A DNA stretch of 64,000 nt from Candidatus Latescibacterota bacterium (lineage in GTDB: Bacteria > Krumholzibacteriota > Krumholzibacteriia > WVZY01 > JAKEHA01). Under the pieces are notes generated by a model. That model saw nothing but the letters and a program-made list of their open reading frames with translations, was not told the DNA's origin and made no database searches. Positions 42,829-52,934 of this stretch are shown here, piece by piece (positions within the stretch are counted from its first letter, which is position 1; each line of letters opens with the position of its first letter). The stretch lies in NCBI GenBank assembly GCA_963707635.1, contig OY970173.1:736001-800000 (forward strand), written 5' to 3'. Position numbers and translations under genes: made by a program.

Positions 42829-43401
42829 ATGCGCAAACTCACTGAAGTTGGATCGCTTGTTGTCGTGGCGATTGGGGTTCTTGTTGCACAGGCGCTCGCC
42901 GAGAGCACGATCGTCACAATCCCGATAGGAAACGTCACAGCTCGAGATTCCGCGCGCGGCTCGTTCTATGCCGTCACTCTTGACCTTCCAAAGGAAGTGA
43001 CGACGAACAATCTGGACCGCGTTCAGGTTGAATTCGCCGCCGACGTTGACCGCTCAAGCGCGGGCGAGACGGTGGCAACCGCGATGGTTGGCCTGTTTCC
43101 GCTCACAGAGACCCTCGGCGACGCGCGACTGGGTCTCGCGGCTGCGCAATATGACAGTGCTGCTGCATCGGTTCGGCCTGTGAAGATGGGGCAGAATCGG
43201 CTGGTGAAACTGGACGTTACGGAGACCGTCAGGGGCTGGCTGGCCGAGCCATCCAGCAATCACGGCATTGTCATCGGCACTCTGACGGGTCCAGCGGTGG
43301 GCACCGTGTCGCTGCGTGATTCATCACTTGCTCCGAGCACCGCCTTGCGAGTGACGTATTACTACAAGACGCGTTTCGGCGGGCGCGTCTCAGGCAAGTA
43401 G
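42829..43401 (+). CDS. Secreted protein (DNRLRE/CBM96-like C-terminal motif)
   Basis: GGAGG RBS, signal peptide ending ALA, LDVTETVRGWLAEPSSNHGIVI. Confidence 0.6.
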   Translation: MRKLTEVGSLVVVAIGVLVAQALAESTIVTIPIGNVTARDSARGSFYAVTLDLPKEVTTNNLDRVQVEFAADVDRSSAGETVATAMVGLFPLTETLGDARLGLAAAQYDSAAASVRPVKMGQNRLVKLDVTETVRGWLAEPSSNHGIVIGTLTGPAVGTVSLRDSSLAPSTALRVTYYYKTRFGGRVSGK

Positions 43402-43784
43402 GCAGCGGGTCGGCAATCGACACGCTCGATATGAGCGGGCGGGGCCCTCGACCATATCGAGAGGGAGCTGCCACGGCTCCAGGGCGAGGCCGACTTCATG
43501 CGCATCCAGTCCGGGACCCGGGAGGCCGTTCTTGGCGGGGCGAGGGATCGCTTCTCCCATTAGCCCGATCTTGTGCCCGTGGGCGAAGCGGGAATCGTTT
43601 AGGCCATCGTGGTTATCGGCAAGAATGATGTTGTGATAGATCTGTGCTATTCCCCGGCGCTTCCGGAAGTTCGGTCCCGCTGATCAGAGGCCGGTTCGTT
43701 GCCCTGGAGGTATAAGCTCCCAAAGGAGTAAGTGATTGAATTGAAAAGGCTAAAGGCCGTCCCCGCTGCCCCTTCCTCTCCCTC

Positions 43785-43816
43785 CTCTAAAGAAGCAGCA
43801 AAATGGCAACGAACCC
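43785..43816 (+). repeat. Conserved attachment-arm repeat 1
   Basis: CTCTAAAGAAGCAGCAAAATGGCAAC|GAACCC. Confidence 0.88.
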
Positions 43817-44285
43817 CTGCAACTGTGGAATGCACGGGAGCACGATCAAGCAGTGCACGTGTTCGCCGCAGCAGATTGAGAAGTATCTTGCGAAAATCTC
43901 GGGGCCGCTTCTCGATCGGATCGCGATCCATGTGAGCGTGCGGCCGGTTGACATCGACGCTTGGAAGTCGCCGTCGAAGGCGTCGCTGACGAGTGCCACG
44001 ATGCGCGAGATGGTCGTGCGAGCACGGGAGATTCAGGCGCGACGCTTCGCCGAAATCGACGGCATCGACTGCAATGCGCGGATTCCGGAAGGAATGTTTG
44101 CATCTGACTGCGCCATGGAACCGAAGGCGGAAGCGCTGTTCGTGCGCGCGCAGAAGTCACTGCTGGTGAGCGCACGGGCGCGCGGTCACATCGTCCGCAT
44201 CGCGCGCACGATTGCGGACTTGGAGAGAAGCGAGCGAATAGCGGAGCGACACGTCGCAGAAGCAGTGGGATATCGGGGGAGGTAA
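43803..44285 (+). CDS. ComM C-terminal fragment, copy 2
   Basis: MATNPCNCG...ISGPLLDRIAIH...IVRIARTIADL...HVAEAVGYR; open frame. Confidence 0.85.
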   Translation: MATNPCNCGMHGSTIKQCTCSPQQIEKYLAKISGPLLDRIAIHVSVRPVDIDAWKSPSKASLTSATMREMVVRAREIQARRFAEIDGIDCNARIPEGMFASDCAMEPKAEALFVRAQKSLLVSARARGHIVRIARTIADLERSERIAERHVAEAVGYRGR

Positions 44286-44336
44286 CCCTTGTCCTTGGCG
44301 CTTGAGATTAGGCCGCAGCATCGATAGAATCCTCTC

Positions 44337-45653
44337 ATGTTACTTCGCGATGAGCACCAGGTGATTCGCGCCGGTGTTGGCAAGTCTTACGCGTGCTCTC
44401 CGGGGCAGTGTGACTTTGGCGTGCTCCTGCCACCATTCTCGCAGTTCCACTGCGTCCGTCGGCGACTAATAATTCTGGCTTCAGTCATTGTGCTCACCGT
44501 TACTTCGTCGCCAGCAACAAGCGGTCCCCCGGCTCCGATGGACATTCGCGTGCCCCTCGGGGGCATCGTCCTCCGTACAGAAACGCGTTGGGTGGCGCCG
44601 TTTGTCGAGTACACGGAGGTTCACGGCAAGAGGTGGGAGAGCCATAAGGTTCGGTGGTTTTCGGACAGTGGCAAGGTCCTGGCCGAGACCGATTCGCTTT
44701 TTTCCAACCGGGGGTTTCCATTTTGTGGCTATTTCGTCTCAGGTCCATGGAGTGGCCTGGCGTTCCACGGCATGTACAATGACTGGGAGCTGTCTGCCCC
44801 AGGTGCTGATAACGACGGTGAAGCCTCCCGGGACGGGCGGGTCTTTCTCATATGGGTACGCGGCGGCCCGACCGGTCAGGCCATCGGTGCAAACGTATAT
44901 GCGGCAGGCAAGCACGGTGCAAAACTCGGACCTTTTGCCGGCAAGACGCTTACGACGGCGCAGCTGGGGGACGACGGCAGTGTGGCGGCGCTCTTCTCGA
45001 CAGCCGCGAGCCCGGAGCGAGGGCGAGTGCTGGTCACGAACGCGAATGCGCGGATCACCATGACGTTGTCCACGACGGGAACGGAATCCGCATACGCAGC
45101 TCCCGACGGCCGCGGCGTTCTGCTAGGGCAGACGGACGGAACGATGTTCTACGTGGCGGCGGATGATAGTGCCAGACGGATTCAGATGGACCGCGAACTG
45201 CCGCCACATGCCCAGGCGATGCAGTGGGCTCCGGGGTCGGCACTTGTGTTCCTCGCCGGCTCAAAGACACGCCAACTCATACTCCTCGACTGTGATCGCG
45301 GTCGCGTGGTGTGGCGGGCGCCGAGCCTCGGGACCTACCACGTGGTGGCGTTCGATCGCTATGTGTTCGAGACCGGGCTCGCGCCTGCGTTGGGCGACTC
45401 AACATTGAGCGTCCGCGCGATCAATGTGCTCGACATCAAGACCGGCAATCTGGTCGCAACGTGGCGCTCGACCCCGCCTGCGCGCTACACGTTCAGGGAT
45501 ATCGGAAGGCTCATGGTGCGCGATCATCACCTCTACTATGTGACCGACGAGATCTTCGGCGAGATTCGACCCGAACAGGTGGTCGAAGGCGAGTCGTGCT
45601 GCACCGGGTGGGAGAGAGTGCCCGGCCTTCACCCTTCTCTCCGGAAGAAGTGA
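44337..45653 (+). CDS. Hypothetical exported protein, beta-strand-rich (propeller-like)
   Basis: Only long ORF in the unit; RRRLIILASVIVLTV signal-like segment; true start uncertain. Confidence 0.55.
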   Translation: MLLRDEHQVIRAGVGKSYACSPGQCDFGVLLPPFSQFHCVRRRLIILASVIVLTVTSSPATSGPPAPMDIRVPLGGIVLRTETRWVAPFVEYTEVHGKRWESHKVRWFSDSGKVLAETDSLFSNRGFPFCGYFVSGPWSGLAFHGMYNDWELSAPGADNDGEASRDGRVFLIWVRGGPTGQAIGANVYAAGKHGAKLGPFAGKTLTTAQLGDDGSVAALFSTAASPERGRVLVTNANARITMTLSTTGTESAYAAPDGRGVLLGQTDGTMFYVAADDSARRIQMDRELPPHAQAMQWAPGSALVFLAGSKTRQLILLDCDRGRVVWRAPSLGTYHVVAFDRYVFETGLAPALGDSTLSVRAINVLDIKTGNLVATWRSTPPARYTFRDIGRLMVRDHHLYYVTDEIFGEIRPEQVVEGESCCTGWERVPGLHPSLRKK

Positions 45654-45754
45654 CCTAGACGCTAGGGTTTCGGGGGGTGGCTAGACGTCCGGGGGAGTAA
45701 GCCACTGATGATGAAGAAGATGAAGCTCGCCTTCACCCGCCACGCCTCCCTCTC

Positions 45755-45786
45755 CCCTAAAGAAGTGGCAAAAGGGCAACGAACCC
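45755..45786 (+). repeat. Conserved attachment-arm repeat 2
   Basis: CCCTAAAGAAGTGGCAAAAGGGCAAC|GAACCC. Confidence 0.88.
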
Positions 45787-46255
45787 CTGTTTGTGCGGGT
45801 TCCATGGGTCGACAGTTCGGCAATGTCGTTGCTCACCGCTTCAGATCGAAAACTATCTCGGGAAGATCTCAGGGCCGTTGCTGGATCGGATCGCGATTCA
45901 CGTCGCTGTCCGGCCAGTCGACATCGACGCGTGGAAGTCGCCGTCGTCGTCGGCAATGACGAGTGCAGCGATGCGCGAGATGGTCGCGCGAGCGCGGGAG
46001 ATTCAGACACGGCGCTTCGCCGAAACAAACGGCGTCGACTGCAACGCGCGCATCCCGGAAGGCTTGTTCGCGTCACTCTGCGCGATGGAGCCGAAGGCGG
46101 AGGCGCTGTTCGCGCGGGCGCAGAAGTCGTTGCTGGTTTCCGTGCGGGCGCGCGGCCACATCGTCCGCGTCGCGCGAACAATTGCGGACTTGGAAGGCAG
46201 CGAGCGGATCGCCGAGCGTCACGTCGCGGAGGCCGTGGGGTATCGTGGGAGGTGA
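45773..46255 (+). pseudogene. ComM C-terminal fragment, copy 3 (arm ATG is AGG here)
   Basis: NPCLCGFHGS...ISGPLLDRIAIH...HVAEAVGYRGR; frame open but no ATG at the conserved position. Confidence 0.85.
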
Positions 46256-46428
46256 AACTCACATCAGGGTGCGGGTTCAGCAAGAGACGTGGGGCGAGGT
46301 GAAGGCACCGTATAGAGATTAGAGATGAGCCGAGCGTTGGATCGGACCGACCCACGCCCCTTTGTTTTGGCGGCTACTTGACGAAGCGAATCTGGTACAT
46401 TACTGTCATATTCGCCCCCGAAACCCCC

Positions 46429-48171
46429 ATGCACCGGCCCGCTAGCATGTTCGCCGTTCTTGTTCCCCTCTCACTGGCCGTGGCGTGCGACCAGCAAACG
46501 TTCGATGTCGCACCCGTCACATCCCCGTGGACGACGATCGAGGAGTTCGCGGAAAGGATGGACCCTACGACGGTGTGGGGAAGCGGCGCCGACGATGTCT
46601 TCATCGGCTACTACTCGTACGATGCCCGTGAGCCGCTGCGTCATTACGACGGGAGGACGTGGAGAGGGATCCCGCTGGGTGGCGATGTGCGGTACGTGGG
46701 CGAAATCTGGGGTTCGGGACCGGAGGACGTCTACGCGACGACTAATCGAGACCTCTGGCACTTCGACGGGAAGGATTGGTCATCCACCGGGATCCAAGCG
46801 AACGGCGTATCGGGAGCCGCGGCAAACAATGTCGTGGTGTCGAGCGGCCAGACGCTACTTCATTTCAACGGCACCGGGTGGGATACGCTTCTCGCGCCAC
46901 AGAGCAGCGCGCAGCTAGGCGCGTTGTGGGTCGGTGACGGTCCAAGCGCCGTGGTCGGACTGCACTTTTCGTACAACACCCCCGATTCCATCATTCGCCT
47001 GAACGAAGGTACCTGGTCGGTGCGTGAGCCGGCCCCGGGTTGGATCGCGGCCATGGTGGGATGGTCGATCGGCGACCTCATTGCCGTTGGGCGAGATGCG
47101 AACGGGGGCATGGCCTGGCACGGCGACGGAGTGGGTTGGACTCCCACCATGCCGTCGGACGTGCGGCCGACAATCCAGGACGTCTGGGCTGCCGGGACGA
47201 ACGATGTGTATGCAGCCGCGTGTCAGGAGATTCTGCATTTCGACGGAAACACCTGGCAGTTGTCCGATTCCACCGCTAGCTCGTGTTTGAGCCACATATG
47301 GGGATCCGGCGCGACCGATATCTACGCAGTCGGTACCGACGTCGTGCATTACGACGGCGTGACGTGGCAACCAGCCTTCGAGGTCCGGCCGGTGCAGCCG
47401 CGTTGCCTGTGGGCGGAGACACGCGACCGCATCGTGGTTGGCGGTGACGGGGTGGTGTACCGCTTGTTGAACGGCGCTTGGAGCGAGGAGGGCTTCGGTA
47501 CGATTAACGGCGCGGTCAATACGATTGCGGGCAATGGATCGGATGACCTTTACGCGGCTACCGACTATGGTGTGTTCCGTTCCGACGGCATCTCTTGGAC
47601 GCCGATGCCCGACTCGCCCGGCTATCTCGATAAGTTGAGCGTTCTTTCCCCTGATGACATCTTCGCCACCGACGGATTCCGCGTGTACCACTTCGACGGG
47701 CTGGCGTGGTCCATCATTCAGCAAGTCGACGTGCTCGGAAGCAGCGCGCTGTGGGCGTTTGCGACCGATGACGTGCTTTTCGCCTACCCCGACGGCGTCC
47801 TTCGCTGGAACGGCCACACCTGGACACGCATCTCGCGCGCGAGGATCGACGACTTATGGGCGAGCACTCCTCATGATATCTACGGAATCAGCGGGTCGTG
47901 GATTTTTCACAGCGACGGCGCTGAGTTCAGTCATGTGGGTCCGGTCGCTCCGCAGTATCTCCAATTCATTACGGGTGCTTCCGGGCATCGCGTTATCGCG
48001 GTCGGTCCCGGCGGCCATGTGCTGTGGGAGAACGGGCAGTGGGTTGCGGGGATCGATGATGAGGCGATGTACGCGCTCGGTCTCACAAGCTGCCGCGATG
48101 GATCCATCATTCAACTGAGCACGACACAGGGTGGGCGCTATCGCCTGTCCCTCTTCCGGGACAAGCCGTGA
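46429..48171 (+). CDS. Lipoprotein with WGSGxxDVYA / HFDGxxW repeats (beta-propeller)
   Basis: Lipobox-like LAVAC; many W(G/A)xxxxD(V/I)Y...H(F/Y)DGxxW repeats. Confidence 0.8.
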   Translation: MHRPASMFAVLVPLSLAVACDQQTFDVAPVTSPWTTIEEFAERMDPTTVWGSGADDVFIGYYSYDAREPLRHYDGRTWRGIPLGGDVRYVGEIWGSGPEDVYATTNRDLWHFDGKDWSSTGIQANGVSGAAANNVVVSSGQTLLHFNGTGWDTLLAPQSSAQLGALWVGDGPSAVVGLHFSYNTPDSIIRLNEGTWSVREPAPGWIAAMVGWSIGDLIAVGRDANGGMAWHGDGVGWTPTMPSDVRPTIQDVWAAGTNDVYAAACQEILHFDGNTWQLSDSTASSCLSHIWGSGATDIYAVGTDVVHYDGVTWQPAFEVRPVQPRCLWAETRDRIVVGGDGVVYRLLNGAWSEEGFGTINGAVNTIAGNGSDDLYAATDYGVFRSDGISWTPMPDSPGYLDKLSVLSPDDIFATDGFRVYHFDGLAWSIIQQVDVLGSSALWAFATDDVLFAYPDGVLRWNGHTWTRISRARIDDLWASTPHDIYGISGSWIFHSDGAEFSHVGPVAPQYLQFITGASGHRVIAVGPGGHVLWENGQWVAGIDDEAMYALGLTSCRDGSIIQLSTTQGGRYRLSLFRDKP

Positions 48172-48848
48172 GCAAACGCATCGCATCGATGGCGCGTGTC
48201 CTTCTTCTCGCGACCATGTCACTCGCCCCCAGGCTTACCTGGGCGCAGATCATCGCGCCGCCGCTCGAACACCGGGCGCTCGAGGCCGGGTATACGTACA
48301 AGTGGTTCCACCGCGTCATCGAGTCGGGGAGCAACGAGATCAAGTGGCAGGCGGGATCGTTGTACGCCCGCTATGGTGGTTTTCAGCGCCTCACGGTGTA
48401 CGCCGAGGGCGGAATCTGGGACGTCGATTCCTACTCGCGGTGGGTGGTCGGCGGAGGTCTGACGGGTTTGCTCTACACGCGGGGCTGGTGGTCGCTGGAT
48501 GTGGACGCGAGCTACAACGAGATCTACGACCTGGACGAAACCACGGCACGCACGGACCATCGAACCTACGGCTGGAACGCCGCGCTTGTGGCGCGCGGGT
48601 CATTTGCCGTGAGCGGGCAGCGCGTGGACCTCTACGCTGGTCCCGCGTACGTTAACGATGTGGCGGAGACATACCCGTTCAGCAGCAACGATCCGGTCCG
48701 GACCGAACCCGATCAGCACTGGGGGGCATGCGCGGGTCTCTATGCTACTGCTCTAGACTATGTGAGCGGCTTTGCATATTTACTCTACCTGGACCAACCG
48801 CAGCTTCGCCTGGGAGTGTCACTACGTTCGCGCGGGGAGACTCCATGA
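48168..48848 (+). CDS. Putative outer-membrane beta-barrel protein
   Basis: GTG overlaps upstream stop; signal peptide; alternating aromatic beta-strands. Confidence 0.6.
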   Translation: MSKRIASMARVLLLATMSLAPRLTWAQIIAPPLEHRALEAGYTYKWFHRVIESGSNEIKWQAGSLYARYGGFQRLTVYAEGGIWDVDSYSRWVVGGGLTGLLYTRGWWSLDVDASYNEIYDLDETTARTDHRTYGWNAALVARGSFAVSGQRVDLYAGPAYVNDVAETYPFSSNDPVRTEPDQHWGACAGLYATALDYVSGFAYLLYLDQPQLRLGVSLRSRGETP

Positions 48849-49516
48849 TGCACCGTGGTCTGGTGTCGACACTCGTGCTCGCAACCATCCTCGCCGACGG
48901 AAACGCCGTGCGGGCGCAGGTGACCGGCGGCATTCTGCCAGGGGGCACCTGCGAAGCCGGGCTGATGTACCACGACATCAACCGGGCCATCGAGTTCCAA
49001 AACGTGATGAAGGACGTCACGTACAGCACCTCGACGATCGTGTTTCGCTTCGGGATCACGGACGCGGCGACAGTGTCCATGGAACTCGGTGGTGGGATGG
49101 GCAGCGTCGACATAGACGACTTCAGTTACGTGGTGGGCGGGTCGGTGCAGACGCGGATGTGGTCCCGCGAACCAACCCGGGTGACCACCACGATCGCTTT
49201 CACTCGCATCCTTTCCCTGTACCGCGAGACCGGGTCGCCGGGTGGGCAGCTCACGCAGAGCGCGGATTGGAACGTACTGCTGGAGCGGGACGTTCGCCTC
49301 CGCGAACAGGCCGTGACGGTCTGGGGTGGTCCCGCGGTCTCCTTCCTGACGGCCACGCCGCAAGCACCGAATGTCGAGAACACCTGGGAGTCGAGTCAGG
49401 TCCTCGGAGGAATGGTGGGCATACGCGTGCTGGTTGCGAAGCACGTCTCGCTGTCCGGGCAGGCGTTGTGGATTAGTGCATTCGAGCCCGGCGTGGCTCT
49501 GGCCTACCGTTTTTGA
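48845..49516 (+). CDS. Putative outer-membrane beta-barrel protein
   Basis: Signal peptide ending VRA; C-terminal GVALAYRF beta-signal. Confidence 0.65.
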   Translation: MMHRGLVSTLVLATILADGNAVRAQVTGGILPGGTCEAGLMYHDINRAIEFQNVMKDVTYSTSTIVFRFGITDAATVSMELGGGMGSVDIDDFSYVVGGSVQTRMWSREPTRVTTTIAFTRILSLYRETGSPGGQLTQSADWNVLLERDVRLREQAVTVWGGPAVSFLTATPQAPNVENTWESSQVLGGMVGIRVLVAKHVSLSGQALWISAFEPGVALAYRF

Positions 49517-49572
49517 GAAGCGTGGCATGCTATTGACCTCGATGGCGAGTTGACGCCCAGGGATGCGGTTGG

Positions 49573-49995
49573 ATGAGACGATCACTCGCCCTCGCCACTA
49601 TGGCCGCACTGATGGCCTGCTCGCAACGCGGCGCTCGCGAGCAGAGCTCGGTGCCGGCGACGAGTACGGGTTTTGTCGACAAGGTTTGGACCGTCGTCGA
49701 CCCCGCGGGCGGTCCGGGTGATCTCTATGTCTTCCTCTCCGACGGCACCTTCGTCAAGACGGCGAAGGAAGCGGTGCCCACCGTCGGAAAGTGGAGTTGG
49801 GATGGGAAGCACCTCACAGTCATCGAAACTGCCCTTCCTTACCAGGCGGATATCGATTCTCTTACCAGTGCGTACCTTGGAATCACCATTCATTTCATGG
49901 AGCGGGAATACCATGTGGGACTGGTTCCGGCCACCGGGACCGAAAGAAGTGACCCAAAAGCAGTTCTTTTCATGTCGCTTCGCAACGGGGAATAG
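49573..49995 (+). CDS. Hypothetical lipoprotein
   Basis: MRRSLALATMAALMAC lipobox. Confidence 0.65.
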   Translation: MRRSLALATMAALMACSQRGAREQSSVPATSTGFVDKVWTVVDPAGGPGDLYVFLSDGTFVKTAKEAVPTVGKWSWDGKHLTVIETALPYQADIDSLTSAYLGITIHFMEREYHVGLVPATGTERSDPKAVLFMSLRNGE

Positions 49996-50022
49996 AACAA
50001 ACTAGCTGTATCACACGCGAGC

Positions 50023-50529
50023 ATGTCCATTCTGTTTACAGTATTTATTGCGGTCGGGTTGCTTCTCGGCTGGAGTCGCGATCTTTCGTTGCAGGTTTTT
50101 GCCCGACAGTTCCTGGTTTGGAGTTGCGTCCTGACCAGTCTGGTCTTTGGTCTTTTCGCCGAATTTTTGGTTGCGCATTGGAGGTTCGACGGACCCCGTA
50201 AGCGTCGATGGAGGAGCTTGCTCGGGCACATTGTGACCAACTGGCTGTTAGCTCTCGGCGTGAGTGCACTTGCACTGGCCACGCTAGCCATGCCGGTATT
50301 CGACTCGATGCGTGTTGTTGGACTCCTTGTATCGGTGATCGTGCTTGAGTTCGTGGTGGTCTGTTCAGTCGCGTCAGTCATCAATGCTCGAAGGCAGGGT
50401 CAGCCCAGGACTCGAGCCGCGTTTCTCCGGGGCTTTGGGAACTACGCTCTGCTGAACACTGTTTCCATGGTGGGCGGCGTAGCTGCTGGTCGGCTGTATT
50501 TGAACCTGTTCTATCCGGGGGTCGGCTAG
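50023..50529 (+). CDS. Hypothetical integral membrane protein
   Basis: About 5 hydrophobic segments. Confidence 0.55.
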   Translation: MSILFTVFIAVGLLLGWSRDLSLQVFARQFLVWSCVLTSLVFGLFAEFLVAHWRFDGPRKRRWRSLLGHIVTNWLLALGVSALALATLAMPVFDSMRVVGLLVSVIVLEFVVVCSVASVINARRQGQPRTRAAFLRGFGNYALLNTVSMVGGVAAGRLYLNLFYPGVG

Positions 50530-50714
50530 GGGGCGAGGGTCCGGCTAACTAGCCGTTCTGCCGACGGACCGGCGAGAGCGTAGCTAGAGTGAGTTTGGCC
50601 AAAGCCCTCGGCATAGGGACTTTCGCCGCGCTCAAGCCGTGTCCGACAGCCTCCCGAAAGGAAGCGATTGATGGCAAAGAAGATGAACGCAGCCCCGACA
50701 CGCCCTCCCCTCTC

Positions 50715-50746
50715 CCCTAAATCAGTGGCAAAATGGCAACGAACCC
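50715..50746 (+). repeat. Conserved attachment-arm repeat 3
   Basis: CCCTAAATCAGTGGCAAAATGGCAAC|GAACCC. Confidence 0.88.
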
Positions 50747-51215
50747 CTGCAACTGTGGAATGCACGGGAGCACGATCAAGCAGTGCACGTGTTCGCCGCA
50801 GCAGATTGAGAAGTATCTTGCGAAAATCTCGGGGCCGCTTCTCGATCGGATCGCGATCCATGTGAGCGTGCGGCCGGTTGACATCGACGCTTGGAAGTCG
50901 CCGTCGAAGGCGTCGCTGACGAGTGCCACGATGCGCGAGATGGTCGTGCGAGCACGGGAGATTCAGGCGCGACGCTTCGCCGAAATCGACGGCATCGACT
51001 GCAATGCGCGGATTCCGGAAGGAATGTTTGCATCTGACTGCGCCATGGAACCGAAGGCGGAAGCGCTGTTCGTGCGCGCGCAGAAGTCACTGCTGGTGAG
51101 CGCACGGGCGCGCGGACACATCGTGCGCGTTGCGCGAACGATCGCGGACCTCGAGGGAAGCGAGCGAATAGCGGAGCGGCATGTGGCAGAGGCGGTGGGG
51201 TATCGGGGACGATAG
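50733..51215 (+). CDS. ComM C-terminal fragment, copy 4
   Basis: MATNPCNCG...; 50728-51115 appears identical to 43798-44185. Confidence 0.85.
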   Translation: MATNPCNCGMHGSTIKQCTCSPQQIEKYLAKISGPLLDRIAIHVSVRPVDIDAWKSPSKASLTSATMREMVVRAREIQARRFAEIDGIDCNARIPEGMFASDCAMEPKAEALFVRAQKSLLVSARARGHIVRVARTIADLEGSERIAERHVAEAVGYRGR

Positions 51216-51309
51216 AGAGCCCGCGTCCTGTCACAGGCGACGGTTCACGCGAAGTTCATATTGTGATGTTTGGGAACTCCGACATGCGGGCGGGAAAGGC
51301 TCACTCGCC

Positions 51310-52791
51310 CTATTCCGCGGGAAGGGTGAGGACCGGCAGGTTCACGATTCCTGCTTCTTCGATGCGATCGGCCATAAGCCGATACTCGCGTGCCTGCTCG
51401 TCGAGGTTCTCCGACGCAACGCCGGTGCTTCTGGCGATTCTGCTCCGATCGAATCCGCGGCCGGTCAGGTAAGACGCTTCAAGACCGAACTCGATGAGCT
51501 TGCAGAACGATCTCCCTTCTTGATCGTCGAGGAGGCCCGATGTGTTCGAATCCGCAAAGGGCCGAAGTTGTTTGGCAATTCGCGCTACCTCACCGGAGTC
51601 TGGGGCGGCCGGCAATGCCGAACGACGAGCAGCAAGCATCGCTGCACGATCGACTTTCCACTGCCCGTACTGATCGGCCTGCATCTTTTCTTTCCAGTAT
51701 TTCTCAAGATTAGTACGTTCATAGAGCACGTTCACGGAAGGGTTTCTCAAGAATTGCTCTTCCTTAGGAATGAGCACGTCAAGCTTCTTGCCGACAAGGA
51801 GTTCGTTGCAGAAGCGAGACAGGCCTTCGCTATCCGAGGTTACCATGCGTGCCTCCAGGCCACCGGCAAATACAAAAACGACCTCGTCGCCTGCCGCATA
51901 CGAGTTCTGGAGTGCCTGAGGACTTTGAAAGAACGGTTCGACTTCTTGATACTGCTTGCGACGCTCAGCGTTGCGAGCGTCTAACTGCCGCAATTCGACG
52001 GCCGACTTTGCCATATGAAAGCCTGCGAAGAGAATGGGAATGGCCGAGACGGCTACGGCAGCGACCCCGAGTGTTCGGTGAGGTCGACTCTTGAGAAGGC
52101 GTAGGCCTTGCGCAAGGCCCGCGATCGCTAGGAGCACGAGCAGTCCCATCCCGGCGACCATCACGAAAGCGGCCAGGATACCTTCAAGCCCCAAATTGGC
52201 GCTTCTGCACCACGCAAGAAAAGCAAGAAGGAGCGCCGCAACGACCACCTCGGCAACCACGATGCACCCCGTTATGACGGGGTTTGGGCTCGAGTTTGCT
52301 ACTCTACTCACACGTGGGCTGCTGGTCGCGGGTACGCGACGCGGGCTCCTTGTCAACAGAAGCCCCACGACACACACGCCCGCGCCGAACCACGCGATCA
52401 TGACATCCAAGCCGGCGGATACCGAGGCTGTCATACCCTGCCCCATGAGTTCTCGCTGGGTGAGCCCCGAGGACATGAGGGAAGATGGGACTCTATGCTT
52501 ATAGATCGAGCAGGAAACAATCGTCACTAACCATTCAATCGCCCCAAGTCTACAGCCGTTGAAAACCAATCGTCGCCAGGAAACTGCATCGCGAAGCACC
52601 CACCAGGCGCCAATGGGGCCACCGACAAACAAGAGGACAACATTGACGGGCATCTGAACCGACATCCGGCCGTCGACACTCCCGAACAACTTACCTACAA
52701 TGCCGATGACGATGTAGGCAGAGAATAGACCAATCGCAATGGCGGCGAGTTTCTTCACAGGGCAACTCCTGATTATCAGGGTGAGTACCAA
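51310..52791 (-). CDS. Hypothetical multi-pass membrane protein with soluble C-terminal domain
   Basis: About 7 hydrophobic segments in the N-terminal half; start uncertain. Confidence 0.55.
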   Translation of the reverse strand: MVLTLIIRSCPVKKLAAIAIGLFSAYIVIGIVGKLFGSVDGRMSVQMPVNVVLLFVGGPIGAWWVLRDAVSWRRLVFNGCRLGAIEWLVTIVSCSIYKHRVPSSLMSSGLTQRELMGQGMTASVSAGLDVMIAWFGAGVCVVGLLLTRSPRRVPATSSPRVSRVANSSPNPVITGCIVVAEVVVAALLLAFLAWCRSANLGLEGILAAFVMVAGMGLLVLLAIAGLAQGLRLLKSRPHRTLGVAAVAVSAIPILFAGFHMAKSAVELRQLDARNAERRKQYQEVEPFFQSPQALQNSYAAGDEVVFVFAGGLEARMVTSDSEGLSRFCNELLVGKKLDVLIPKEEQFLRNPSVNVLYERTNLEKYWKEKMQADQYGQWKVDRAAMLAARRSALPAAPDSGEVARIAKQLRPFADSNTSGLLDDQEGRSFCKLIEFGLEASYLTGRGFDRSRIARSTGVASENLDEQAREYRLMADRIEEAGIVNLPVLTLPAE

Positions 52792-52902
52792 GAACCGAGC
52801 AAGAAGTCTGCCGCTTCGACGCGGGCGGGACCGCGGCTTTCATGAAGGAAAGTGATGGCCTATCAACAGGTTAACATCGCGTACCCACGGGGCGACACCT
52901 TT

Positions 52903-52934
52903 CCCTAAAGAAACAGCAAAATGGCAACGAACCC
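52903..52934 (+). repeat. Conserved attachment-arm repeat 4
   Basis: CCCTAAAGAAACAGCAAAATGGCAAC|GAACCC; perfect WATCAANNNNTTR at 52861-52873. Confidence 0.88.
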
